NCBI GenBank assembly: GCA_000708835.1
Contig: DF237011.1
Coordinates: 186,001-250,000, forward strand
Length of the DNA stretch: 64,000 nucleotides
Reading direction: 5' to 3'
From: Klebsormidium nitens
Taxonomy: Eukaryota > Plantae > Klebsormidiophyceae
The notes under the pieces: generated by a model
Seen by the model: the letters and a program-made list of their open reading frames with translations, nothing else
What the model was told of the DNA's origin: nothing
Database searches by the model: none
Program-made: the position numbers and the translations under genes
Shown here: positions 1 through 12,900 of the stretch, piece after piece
Numbering within the stretch: position 1 is the first letter of the stretch
Layout of the letters: each line of letters begins with the position of its first letter

Positions 1-3000
1 CCGAGCCCGCAACCTTGTTGAAGATGGTCGACAGACTCATGGGCCTGAAAGAAGGAAGAAAGATGAAACGGTAGTTTTTCGAGACGGGTCTGACCTCTCC
101 CTATGGGCCTGAAAGAAGAAACAAAGATGAAACGACACTTCTCCGGGACGATTTTGACCTCTCCCTATGGGCCTGGAAGAAGAAAGAAAGATGAAACGGT
201 ACTCTCCAGGAAGATTTTGACCTCTCCCTGCGCGGAACTGGCTCAACACCGGAAAGTCGATACCTTTCGAGCAAAGATCCGGACCAACTCGAGATGTAAG
301 CATCAAGTGCTTCGCCCAGGATTCTCATACTTCGAATTTGCTTGAGATTGTGCACCCAGTTTGATTTCGATATGAAGCGAAATCAAACATTCAAGTTTCC
401 ATTAGAGCGCTCTCAGTGAAGCGAGTCTCCAGTCATTACGGGCAGTGGAAACTAAGGGCAGATCAAGCAGATCTCCGGGACGAGTATGGCTTCCTAGCTA
501 GGTGCGGCTTTCAAGGACCGACGGATGATGTCTTTTGTCGTCCTTCTGACAAGGTAAGGAGGCGGGACCCCAGAACTTCTGACCAATCCGCTACATGGGC
601 CAGAAGCTCTCACAGCAACGAGTATTGCCAGTCAAGAAGCGAACAAGCTGCAAAACGCGACCAATCTTTGTCTCAAGAAGAGCCATGGCTTGGATGCCAT
701 ACGCAGTTTTTCATCGACGAAGGCTTGAAGACATGAAGGCCGGTAAAAAACGATGCAATCATCATGTGGAGATTGAGATTGAACATAGAGAAAATGCAGA
801 GATATCGGTCCGCTCAAGAGCCTAGCAAGAAAGTACACAGAACTTCCATAGCGATTGCGTACCTGGAGATAACCTTGCTATACCCCGGCGCCACTTTCTC
901 CGACACCAGGTCCCGGAAGTCTTGAGCGCACTCAGCCTTCTCTAACCTCTCCAGTATCCGCCTGATGATCCTGTTGCGCTCCAGCTGCCTTTGTCTTGAC
1001 GTGTAAGTGAACGGGGGGTGCGAAACAGGGGATGGGTTGGCACCATGCACGCTTCTGACATGCTTCTTAGACCGCTCCTCTTCAGAGTCCCGCAACCTCT
1101 TGGATCCACCCCCCTGAGAGCCTTTGATATCGCTGCTGACCACTATTATGCCAAAGGCGTCATAGATGTGACCCAAAAGGGCCTCCGTGGAGACTTGCTT
1201 GCCGCGCACGTCGCTTTTCCCCGTGAGAATGAGAAACAGCAGACGGAGGGTTGGGCCGTGCAACGGCGCGAGCGCAGACCTGTCGACCTGCGACCCCGTT
1301 TCGAGAACTTCCCCGCGGAGCTTTTCGGGGCCTCGCTGTTTGATGAGCCCCTCCAAAGCGTAGAGAAGCTGCTTCCCGTTGTCGCCTGCCAGAGAGTGGT
1401 CCAACGTCGTCCAGGAGTCGGGATGGTAAAGGAGGTCGTGTAGACTCGTCTCAGCGCGCGCAGAAAGCTGCAAGAATGAACAACCCCGCAAGTTACAAAG
1501 AGCTTGCCTTCTTTTACGAAACTTGGCTACTAGATATGTATTCAAACGTCTGAGCTGACCCCAAGCGACTGACACACACGAACGTCTGGACAAGAACCGA
1601 CGGAAAAGCACGTTCTCCGTCTCAAAAAGGGGACTCGATCAAACTTTTTCTGGGACCAAGTAAAACCCTGCTACATGCGACTAATTCAGGCCCCACATTT
1701 TGTTGTCAATGAATTTGAAGGCTGCCCACGCTGCTCTCTTCTTGCATGACATATGGCACACGGGAAGCAAAATAGCTGACCGAAAGTTGAAAGAAACTTG
1801 TTTGAAGTTACAACACCAAAATCAGACTCATGCCTTCAACAGTGACCAAACATCCAGTGCCAAACTGGCGAATTGACCCTTATGACATGGGCGAATCGTT
1901 TAATTTCCGAACCCATTTCGGTGCCCAATCTGGACAACGTCCAAACCAAGGCGCCTTGCAGTGATGAAGCTGCAAAACAGGAACAAAGGTCCCTCCAGCC
2001 CCTTACCTCCCCAGCGCTGGACTGTCCGGTGTTGAAATCCTCTCTGCGCTCATCCGACTCCGCGGACGTATCTTGAGAATCGCCGTCAGCTTCTTCGGTT
2101 TGTGTCTCGCTTCCGGTAAGTTCACACGCACCAGCATCGCTCCGACCAACACCGCCCTCCTCCGTTCTCTCGCCCCCCGACCTGCCATCACGTTGAATGT
2201 TCCCCTCTGATTTGTGCCCGGTTGAAGGCCCCGAGGTTCTCGCCATAGCCGCTGCCGAAGCGCTAGGGGTGGTGGTTTCGGAAGGGGGAGTGCCCGGCGC
2301 CTCTGGAACGTTTCTGTGGAAAGTCAGAGGATCCCGAGCGACGCTCACTGGCTTCCCGGGGGGGGTGTGCACGTCTCCAGCCGGCTGCGCCTGCGGAAAA
2401 AACGCCCAATGTTAAGACGGAGTCCCGTCATTGCAGCCTTGTGAGTCGAAAAGTATACGTTAGAATGCAAAACACAGATAGGTGCTTACTTATTACGAAG
2501 GGTTAGCTGACACGAGACTGAAGCACTTGCTTCTCCACCTGCTTAACGCAGAACAGAACAAGTTGATGCAAAGCAGAACTTCTGGAAAATATTCTTTGCT
2601 GGTCAAAACGATGAAACAATGATTAATGCTGGCTTCCATTGCAGCCTGGTAGAAGATCCCACAAAAGCATGCCTACTCCTAGTTTCGCAAACCAGGCTGG
2701 CTCAACGTTTCCAGAAGCCAGCATTCACTTGACCTTGGAAAGTGGGAAGCAGTTACTGCGTGTACCAAAACTTGGACCCCCAGAATACTGAGATGCATGT
2801 TATCGAAGCTCTGTCGACCCTATCCCCCTCACCTTTGAACTTTGCACACGCGCGTCCAACCCTGTCGACCCTTCTCCGGGAGGCCTCGTCTGGCCAACTT
2901 GAATCGATCTGCGGACTGTCTCCCCATTGCTCGAATCCGGTAACCGGTTTGGAGAGGCCTTCGAGCTAGGCAATAGCAAAGCACATCTTTGCTTATGCTG

Positions 3001-5299
3001 TGCCAAATCGTTGCTGTTCCCAAGGAATGTGCATCTCTTGCTTGGGCACCGGCGCGCAACCTCTGGGCAACTCTCCTGGCAAGGAAAAGCATAAGTGACA
3101 AGACTTACAGTCTGGATATCAGATAGAGAAGCAGTCTGCTTCCGATTTGGAAATCATGTGATCCATGTACAGACCATGCAGATTTATCCGACGGGGGTGA
3201 TTACCAGCATAATTCCAGGCAGTCCGTTTCGTGAGCTAAGATGTGGGGGAAGTGGCTTGACTAGAAGAAGATGACCGGAAGCATAAAGTTTCTCAGCTGC
3301 TTCTGGTCACGTCTGGCTGCAGCCAGTGAACCTATCTCCTCCTTTACAAGGTGGCCGAGAGTCGAACACAAGGATCACAGAACCAACTTTTCCTTTCTGA
3401 CAAGATGGACGGCGATGATTGATACCAGCTAGCGATTACTCACGAAGTTCTTTGACCTCCTAAGCCAATCTTGATATCTTTTGGGGTTTCATAACCGAGC
3501 ATAGACGGCCCTATAGCAGGTCTTCGGCAGCCAGTCAGCTTTGAAAGCGCTTCCTTCTTGGCAGATGCAAGGTACTTTCCTGCCAAAAGACGTCCGGCCC
3601 CTCGGGTTGTAACTGTTCAATTGTGTTGAAAGTCAAAGACGGCGCACCTGGAGATGGGGCACTAAGTTCGGGTAGAAAATCACTCCGCTGCATAGTTGGC
3701 ACCGTATCCTGCACCCTTTGGCGTGGCTGCTCCGGTTTCGCTCGGCCAAGATGGTCTTGCAGCGTGTACATGAGGACAGGCGGTATCCACACGTCCTCTG
3801 ATGCGCTTGCATTTCAGTCCCCTTGCCGACGTACGGGCAGCCCGCTCCATCCTGCCAGCGTAAAGAGTGTCTCAGCCTATGCAACAAGGTAGCAACGTTT
3901 GATCGATTTAAAAGACTCCCATCTTGATCACCACAAGCTATCGAGCGACCAGTGTTCTTGTCTCCGAACAACTCAAGAAGTGGGAGTACTGTTTTCAAAT
4001 ACGTTTCAGCCACTAGGTACAAGTCTAACTCAAGCAGAGCAAGGCGAGGATAAAGTGCAAGCTCTTCAGCAAATGGGAGAATAACGAGGACGCAGACTTC
4101 TTGCGTTTCACTCCGACCAGCAGTGTAGGAGAAAAGAACAACCTTGGCCCAAACCCTTGAGAGTGTGTCTAACCACAACTCACGATCCCAACTGTGGACT
4201 TGATTTCAGATGCCAGACTCCCAAATCCTGGAAGGCCTCAAAAGTTCTCCAAGGAATGTTTCTCAAACAGACTTCTCTGATGCTAAAGAGCGCAGCTTGA
4301 TTCGAGGTACTTTCAGTATTCTGAGCAGAGCGACTCACTCCTTGGACTTAAAAATACTCTTCCCAATACTGTGTAATAATATTTCCCGATGATCAACCAA
4401 ACCTGGCAGTATGAAAACCACTCTACACAAGCCCTGTCGCTTGGCCAACTTACCAGTTCCCACCCGTCAGTTGCATGGTTGAAGACCATCGCATGCGGGC
4501 AATGTACGCGCAAGCTAAGGACCACCTTGCGCAGGTGTCCATTGCGAACCACCGTCTCGAACACTTGGCCTCCACAACCAGCACTTTCCCCGCAGTGACG
4601 TTCCAGACAGCCCTCACAGAAGCTGTCCTCACAGTCCTTGCAGACGACTGGGTCACAAAATACCTTTCTGCAAACAGTACATCTGCAGAAGGAGGGGGGC
4701 AAGTCAGAAAGGAATGAATGTGGAACCAAAGGTAGCGCCTTTCTTAAGGGCTGAAGTCCTTGATTTTTGACACAGCTTTCCAAGGGTAATTCAGCCAACA
4801 GATCGCTTGAGACTTGATTATCAACTTCAAGTTGCATTCTGACAATCTGTTGAAAAGTGTACTTAAACTATTCGAGGATTATCCACCACTAGACCAGGGA
4901 AGATGCTTCCAGCAATGTTCCAACAAAGAGCAGATTGTGGTCCAAGGTCCCTGATCTTGAGATTGCTAAGGGGTCAAGCGTAAGAAGAGGCAAGGAGAAA
5001 GTAAATCTCTCTGAGACATCTAGTAAGAACAGAAGCTTTCAGACATTTTAGGAAGGCTCGCTCAAACTGATGTAATCAAGTGGCCGTACAAGGTCCGCAC
5101 AAACACATCACCTGCACAAAGACGATGGATCCTCCCCAGGTGTTGCCACCATCAACTCATCAACGCTTGGCGCCCTAGGAACTCTTGGTAAAGCTTGGTC
5201 CACCGGACTGCTTGCCAGACCTATCTCTGGCGTGCTTAATGCGGCAGCACCGGCAGGTGGACTCCCAGGGTAGTTGTGATACCGAAAGTAGGAAGCCAT
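1..5299 (-). CDS. Multi-exon gene: atypical RING + TRAF-type zinc fingers + low-complexity linker + bromodomain; 3' end beyond the left edge
   Basis: Exons 5299-5112, 4682-4403, 3851-3648, 3075-2833, 2390-2007, 1467-863 and 44-<1, all GT-AG with consistent phases (2,0,0,0,0,2). RING-like CTVC..CKDCEDSFCEGC..CGESAGC followed by LRVHCP. TRAF-like fingers GCPYVGKG..MQAHQRTC, CTRC..HAKGC, CQLC..HLQ|ESCP and CPSKRCTFLGN..LAQHKQRC. Bromodomain N-half ILERLEKAECAQDFRDLVSEKVAPGYSKVISR|PMSLSTIFNKV is completed across the last intron. A good acceptor just upstream of the ATG means an extra 5' exon is possible. Confidence 0.85.
39..229. repeat. Three tandem ~64-bp copies, each carrying the 3' splice site of the bromodomain exon
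   Basis: atgggcctg(a/g)aagaa...gatgaaacg...tgacctctccct occurs three times. On the minus strand each unit contains pyrimidine tract-CAG|GCCCAT. Confidence 0.9.
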
Positions 5300-6949
5300 C
5301 TCCAGGCCGCAGACTGGATGAGAAAAGGGGAAGCAAATGACTGCAGGAGGATGAGGCTAGGATAAGCTACAACCCGCTGCGCTTAGAAGGGCTACCGGCG
5401 GTAGCCTACCGCGCGCGTTGCAGTGTCTCTACGATGTCTCAAAACCAGTACATACTTCCCGACCTCCCTGCAATCGCAGTCACTGCAGCTTTTTGGGGGT
5501 CACGTGCAGCTCAATTGAGAAGCGTTCTTCTACCTGAGCTAAGCTACCCCAATACCCTGCTTCCCTCCTCTGTTGTGCTCTTTTGACCGCTGTGATCAAA
5601 TGTTCAGCTCATGCATTCATGAGTGCTAGCTCATGCACCTCGTCTTGGAAGTTGGCCAGGACTTATCGAATCGCTTTGGGATCTGGGGGGAAGGGTCCAT
5701 GTGCAACTCAAATGTGACAGGCAATGTTTTTACCGTCGATTGACAGGGGCAGCCCACTGGCTTGCTCTCTGATCCATCCGATGGCAGCCGCATCAGATGC
5801 CCCCTGCCGACCTGCAATGCGCATTGCGGTCGGCATTTGTTTTGACACTGACAGTGGTGTGATGGTTTATCATACAAACTCGTCGTCTATCTGGTGTCAA
5901 AGCGTCCAAGCAAGCAAGTTGGTTCCCACTTCAAGTTCAAAGTTCTCTGATGAGTCTGACAGTGAGTATACTGTATAGTCTCTATGCTCATTCTGTACAT
6001 TTCAGTTTCTGACTGTCCTGAAACAATTGCTCAGGCTTTGCACCGCGCTGCTTTCTCAGGTCCCCTCCTTTGGTTGAGCTCCTTGAGGCTCGCAGAGCCG
6101 GCAATCCACCCGCCAGATTCCGAGCAGGATTTCAGAGGCGTACGCATTGCTAACCGTCAACACAATTGCGAAGGCAGCTCATCGTCATTGCTTGTAAGAA
6201 CGTAATCAAACGAACTTTTGCGTTGTCATCAGGTGTAATATGCAATGAATTTTGACTTGTCCGTTGGATTGCTTGAATGTTTAGGTGGTGGTTGCAGCTA
6301 GATGGAAGAATGTCACTTGTCTCGCTTTTGGATAAGGATGATTTATGGCCAAAGCCACATCAGCACCCCTGGGTATGACTAGCATTCCGCAGGTGATTGC
6401 GTTTGATGTTTGGACTTGATGCAAGTTTGTGAAGCTTGGGAATGTCACTTTGGTGTATAGAATTGAGCTGTCTTCCAATTGTGTGCATAGGCATGCACGA
6501 GAGATATGGGTACGTTACTTCCCTGAGCTTGTTCAACATCTTAGCTTGTCATCACTTTGAGGAATCATCACATGGACACAATCCTTACACGACAGTACCT
6601 GGCATGTGCCCAAACATTTTGCCTTGTAAATGAGCAGGGTCTGATCTCTGCATTTCTGCATTTGCCTGAAACTTGCGTTGTAAATGCGAGCTTCTGTTCC
6701 TGACGTTTCTTCTGTAGTAGTTTGCAATCAATGGAAACAGGCTTGTTGGGGAAGGGTCTCTATATCGGCAGGCTGAGAGAAAATCACCCCAGGGGCAAAA
6801 GCTGTGTCCAATTCTCATATTATTGTTGCTTTCCTTTGGCTCAAAACCCATTGCTACATGATCACAAGACTTCATACCGGAAATTGCAACGCACTTGCAA
6901 GAAAAGAAACTGAAATTATCCGCACTTGCAGTTTTGCACATCAGTGTCA

Positions 6950-9900
6950 ATGGAGACTGCCAGTTCCTCAGCATCTGCGGCAAGCGCCAGGAACGTCCAA
7001 GGAGAGAAAGAGCGCCAAATTGGGGCGCAGGCTGAACCCCATTCACATGGTGCAACAGGGGGGGTTCCAGAAATAGGAGCTGCGGCAACAGAAGCCCGGC
7101 GGATAGAAAAGAATGGCGTGGACACTGGGGCTTCTCAAAAGGCTCCTCACTTCAGCAACATGTCGGCTGCCTCGGTACAAGAGCAGAGCCACTCCAAGGC
7201 AGAATCAAGGAGCATTCCCATACCCTCAAAGTCCGTGTCTCAGCCTCAGCCACAGGCCTGCTGTGGAGAGGCGACTTCTCCTTCCACCCCTCCTCTTGGG
7301 CCTCAGACAGGGACCCTCCCTCGCGAGGGCATTCTGTCAACAGCAACACGAGCAGCCCTGGAGGAGCGGCAGTCCTCGAGAAGAGACGCTACCTGCCACA
7401 GCCCTTCCCCTTCCAGAAGGAGGCCCCCTCTTTCCCCCTCGTCAAGCTCTGGAGGCATGACCCCCCCAAAACCACAAGGGGCTCCGTCTCCAAAACCGCA
7501 GAAGACATTCCACAACCCGTATGCTAAGAGTCCCTTCAGAGTGACGGGGTTCAATCCGGGGTCGCCTAGGGCACCAGTCCCTTTGGCACAGCTCTCTGCA
7601 GAAACGGAGAATGAGCTGTTGCAGGCAACGCAGAGGGGGCTGTTTTCGGACGACGACGTGGCAGAATCTGAGCGGTCGCCCAAAGACTTTGGGGGAGGGT
7701 GTGGGTCAGCGGTCAGGGGTCCGAAGGAGTCAGCAGTGAACGCTGGAGGACTGAGTCAGGGAGTTGACGAAATGGAAGTCTCAGGAAGGAATTCTGGGGG
7801 GGGAGTGACGAGTGGGAAGGGCTGTGAAAACGAACAGGCAGAACCGGAAGGGACGAGTCCGGGCATGTCTAGGATGAACATTTCTGGCGGAGATACAGAA
7901 GCAGGAGAGAGCGCAGTAACTAGGAATGGAGAGGCGGAGCTGGAGTCAAGGAAAAGGAAGTCGGAAGAGTCTCCTGAGAAGGTGCGCGCGGGCGCAAGTG
8001 GATCTATGGAGGTAAGAGGGCATCCCATACCGAAGCAACCCCAAGTGAGCAGTCCAGCAGATGTTGAAATCGAAGGAGGGTGTCATTCTGGACGCATCTC
8101 AGGATCGCCGCGCCGGCAACCAGACAGTGCTTCCTCGCAAAGCCCCAGTATATCGGCATCAGGCCGTGCGGCCGGCGGACTAAGCGAGCAGTCTGAATAT
8201 CACGACCCCCCAGAGCAGGAGCTAGAAGAAGCTGAGGCTAGTGTAGCGCAACCATCCTCTTCCCTTCCTCCCAGACCTGAGCTAAGTGCAGCGTCTCGTG
8301 TCCGCAGCTCTGACGGTGGCAACAAGCGCTCAGCACGCGACAGGTGGCGCAGGGCTAGGTTTCACGTGGCAGCAGCGCGGGCTTTTGCGTACGGCAGGGT
8401 CGGTGGCTTCTCGGAGGTTACAGAACCGGAGATCAGAGGCGCGGCGACCGGGACGGAGCTGGAAAGGACAGGTGAGCGGCAATTGGCGGGGTGGGTTTGG
8501 TGTCGCAGATGCACCTTGAGTTTGCAGATGAGACATTGCATACTGTGATGGCCGTGTTTCAGTTGTTCACACTTCAGGATTCTGGCTTGATCTGCTGCTG
8601 GTGTAAAAAAGGACGTCCCGATAAATACAAGCCTCGTGGGATAGCATGCCGTCGTTCGAGACGCCCAAAACAGAGGGTTTCGGGCAGTAGAATCATTTCT
8701 GCACCGTCAGCAAGAGGGAAGGTCAACACTAGGAGTTCAGTCATTCTATTAGTGTACCCTTCCTTCCCGTCAACTTTTCTCATGACAGGTTTTTTGCAGA
8801 GTTTTCCGTAGGTCCTATGAAGCATCCTTTGCTTCAGGGGTTTCGAACTTTCTATTATTCTCTTATCTGCTTCGAGTTGATGGCCCCGCGAAAAGACGGG
8901 CCGTTAAGCTGTCAAGGTCTCAGCGTAAGCTTTTACCGTGATTTATTCTTCTGTGACCTGGACGGCTCGTTGTCAGCTTCAGTTCAGGCTCCGTTCCTGG
9001 CCTTGTACAGGCCTGTACCAGCTCTTTTCCTGACTTTCAATTTTTTTGCCTCATGGAGTAACACGAAAGAGTCGGAAGTGACAAGAAGGAAGCGGCAGTC
9101 TCCGTTGCGAAGTAGTGACGATCAGCAACAGGAGCTCACAGCTTTTTGCGTCCCTTTTTGCTCCGGTTGCCAAATCATCCAAACGTGATCCGCAAACTTT
9201 GATACATGGGAGACTTTTCAGAGCTGATCAGACGGTCGAAGAACAGGAAGCATGATCCGACCGAACGCAACCAAAAGGTAAGTAGAACGCAAGGAGCTGA
9301 CGTCATCGAAAGACGTTTGCTGACGTCATTCTTTCGTCGTGTTTGCAGAGGAGCCCCTCAATCCCGCCAGTCCCGACTCGATCGTCCGCTCGGCTTCCAT
9401 AACTCAGCCGAAAGCGGGCGTTCCTGTGAGCGACGTTTCTCAAGACAGGGGCCGGCGCAGGTTCGAAGGGATACAAGTCATCGAAGATCGAAGCTGGCTG
9501 GTCGTCTTCTCGGACTTCTACATAGCTGTGCTCAAGGTGAGATTGCTTTCCGGGGACGTCCCTCTCAGATGGTGCATGGATTCTGAGGACGCTTCATGCC
9601 CATTCTGCCAAACTAGCCGGCCTACCCGTGTTCGTTTCGGGCCCGCTTTCAGATGACAAGTCGTCGGATAGCCACATTCTGAGCAAAGAACGGTCCACGT
9701 TCTGCATATTTGCCAGTAAAGGTCGGGCGACCGGAGTTGAGGAAATGTACAGTATTTCTAGGTTTCAGATCAATGGGCTCTCAAGTAGTGCGTTCACATA
9801 TCGATTGACGTGCCTTCGATACGTCTGATGTTGTCACGGTTCCACTGAAGGTTTCTTTCTGGAGCGGGATAGATTTGGGTTTCCCAGTGCCTTACGTGGA

Positions 9901-12900
9901 AAGAATGGATAGAAGGGACCCTGCTATGCATTCGGCTTTGGTCAGCTTTAAATGGTCCTGTCACCAACTTGGTGTCGATGTCGTCTTACTCTCGCCTTTG
10001 ACCTTCTGACTATGTGTTTACGAGAAACCTAGTGAACAATTGCCTTTCAACTTTCGCGCTGCACTATTGAATGCTGTGCGCTCTCCATGCCACCATTCTC
10101 TGCCTTCTAAAATGCGAAGAAAGAAACGCTTAAAACTTTGCCAGCTTTCCCGTCCGATTGCTGGGTGCTCCCTGCTACCACATACCGGCCAGCGATGCAC
10201 GAAAGCCTCTTTCGTAGTGGTCATGGTTCCTTTTCGCCCTCCTATATACCTTCCTTCGGCCTCTTGTACGTTTCTAACGCTCTTCTCATTTTCAGGCCCC
10301 GGTGCTGCTCTTTGTGGCCGTCATTTTCCTCTTCCCCGCCCTCTTATGCCTCTTCTTCGTTCCCTTATACCTCCTCGACCTGGCTGGTCTTCAGTGCGAC
10401 GATTGCCAACCCCCCCTCCCCTCAGCTCGCCTAGAAGCCCCCCCGGCGCCTACAGAAACTCATAGCCTATGCCACGTGCTACTGTATAGCCTATCGCTGT
10501 CGATGCTGTTCGGGGGCTCGCCGGTGCAGGCCCACAGCCGGTATACGCTATTGGTCGCAAACATTCAAACGCTGGCGGCAAACTTCACGTTTGTCTTCCT
10601 GAGCGGAGCAGGTCAGTGAGTCTCTCGTGTTCCCACCTTTCGTTTCGCAGGTTTTCCGTCCATTTGAAGCACATTCATAGGTCAAAAGCGAGCGTCTGCT
10701 CTCGTCCTGATGTGAAGGGATACTGTTTGCTTTTGGCTTCTTGTATGACGATGCTTTCTGACTAGGCGCTCGTCTGCACCCCATTGGAGTATTTGTCCGT
10801 TTCATTCGTCCACTTCAGCCCTGCTCCCTGTTTGTCACTCGCAAAAGTCTGTGGTACTTTTGAACACATGACATGTCTCAGTGGGACTCCAAGGCATAAG
10901 ACCATGAAAGCTGTTGAGTACCCGTTTGGATTGGTTCGTCAGTCGTGTTAAGCTGAAGATATGATTTATTCAAATGTCAATAGTTATAGGCGACGGTATT
11001 GAGGACGAAGATATCTTCTCCTGTTGCGCATAGCAGTTTACCTTCTGCGCGGCCTCCACTCGGAGGAGCTATTCAGAATTCCAGCTTGACATTCGAGTAG
11101 CTTACGTCATGTCTCAGCACATTGACGCGTTCGGTATGACAACAGTCACCAGCATCTTTGAGCGTCTTTCGCGCAACCGGTTCTGGTGTCCAAAAAAAAC
11201 ATTTTTTGCGCTGACAATTTCCACTTCACAATGCAGTGTTCTCACGTATGTCCCAGCGATCGCAGCCGGTCCAGTGCGCGCGCAAGGCGGTGATTCGGCC
11301 GGATGACGTCACCACAGCGGGCGGCAGCGTCAGCGAGCGCTTCAGGTGGGCACTGTTTCAGAACTCGTCTTCTCAGGGAAATCAGAGTACTTTTTTCTGG
11401 CTGTTGAGACCGCTTTGTCTGTGTTCGCAACATAGTCCAGATACTGAGCACAGGACCTGCAGAAAACGTGCCTACTGAGAGACAAAAAGCGAATGGAAGG
11501 CTCGAAGGTACCTGCCCGAGCCGTTCACTGCGCAATCATGTGCAGATTCGACGTCGATTGGAGGGAACGAAACGACCTCTGACAATTTGCTTGGACGATT
11601 AATGAGTGCGCAAACGTAAGTTGTGCAAAGTTTTCGATACTGGTGTGAAAACCCAATGACCCGCGCATATTCACACCATACTCGGTCTGCATCACCAGAT
11701 TACTGCCACAATATCATTGCTGACCGAGCGCATTCACACCGTGCAGGGTGTTCCTGACGAGGCTGGTGTTAAAGGGCCCGATGCCCGCAGTGATGGTGGA
11801 CGTCCGCATCAAGCTCACGTTCCGGATCTTCGTCCAACAGCGGAACGGATCCGTCTTCTGTTCGACGGCGGCGCTGGATCTGGTCCGGCCAGAAGTGGCC
11901 TATCTGCAGTACGGAATAGCGGTGAGCATTTTCGCACTCGCGGAGTTTCGAGCGTTTTCTGCCTGGATCGGTTTTCGATTCTTAACAGGCCGCGTTCCGG
12001 TTCCCTTTTGTGGTCAACCGCAGCGCTGAATCTGGATCCGTTTAAGAAGTGGCGTATCCGCAGCACGGCACAGCGTTGAGGGCACTTACGTGTTTCGTTG
12101 TTCCTTGCCTTTTCCTATAAAGCTCTTCACGATGTCAGTGAGCGGAAATCAGCAGCGGAAACGGATCCGTCGTTTGCTCGAACACAGCGCTGACTTGAGT
12201 CTGCCTACAAGAGGCCTATCTTCAGTACGGGATAGCGGTGGGCATTTGGGCTTCTGAAGCGTTTTCTTGATTTTGAATGTCGACTACAAGAACCACGTCC
12301 ATCAAGGGTATAGTCGAACCGCAGCACTGGACTTGGTTTCGCACACACCGTAAGCTTTCAAACCGCAAACCCAAAAGCTCTTGAGATGTACCAACAGCTT
12401 CCAAACCCGTGCTTTCCTCGCCTCAGGTGAAGCACGTGATCGACCGTAACAGTCCACTCTACGGCCACACGCGGGAGTCGCTTCTCGCGGGCGACGCCTC
12501 CTTCTCTTTCACGGTCCTCGGCACTGAGCGCGCCAGCCTCCAGAGCGTCTTCCATATGCAGGTGCGTCTTTTGATTCGTTTCGTCCTGCCCTATTTAGGC
12601 GTGTCTGAGACAGGTAAACCGTGGCTTCGATCAGGACGGCCGGAGCGCGCCAGCCTTCAGAGCCTCTTCCAAATGCAGGTGTCCGTCAGATCTTCAGGGC
12701 GCTGTTACTCTTTTAAAGGCGTGTCTGGGACCAGGTAGAGAGCCTGTCAACCCTGGCTTTAGCCGGAACGGCATGGAGCGCGTCAGCCTTCAGAGCCTCT
12801 TCCACATGCAGTTAAGCAGGTGGACCGCAGATTCTCGAAACGGGTGAGGGACGACCGAAGTTCGCAGCGCTTCCGTCCAGATTTGACGTTGGAAGGAGAT

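Noticed and set aside
632-838. ORF that might continue the bromodomain
   Set aside because: It would need a 41-nt intron and gives a poor match; the exon at 44-1 supplies the canonical PMSLSTI.
3340-3400. KSWFCDPCVR peptide on the minus strand resembling the end of a PHD finger
   Set aside because: It lies in the intron between exons 3851-3648 and 3075-2833, which join in phase to complete a TRAF-type finger; no PHD N-half was found.
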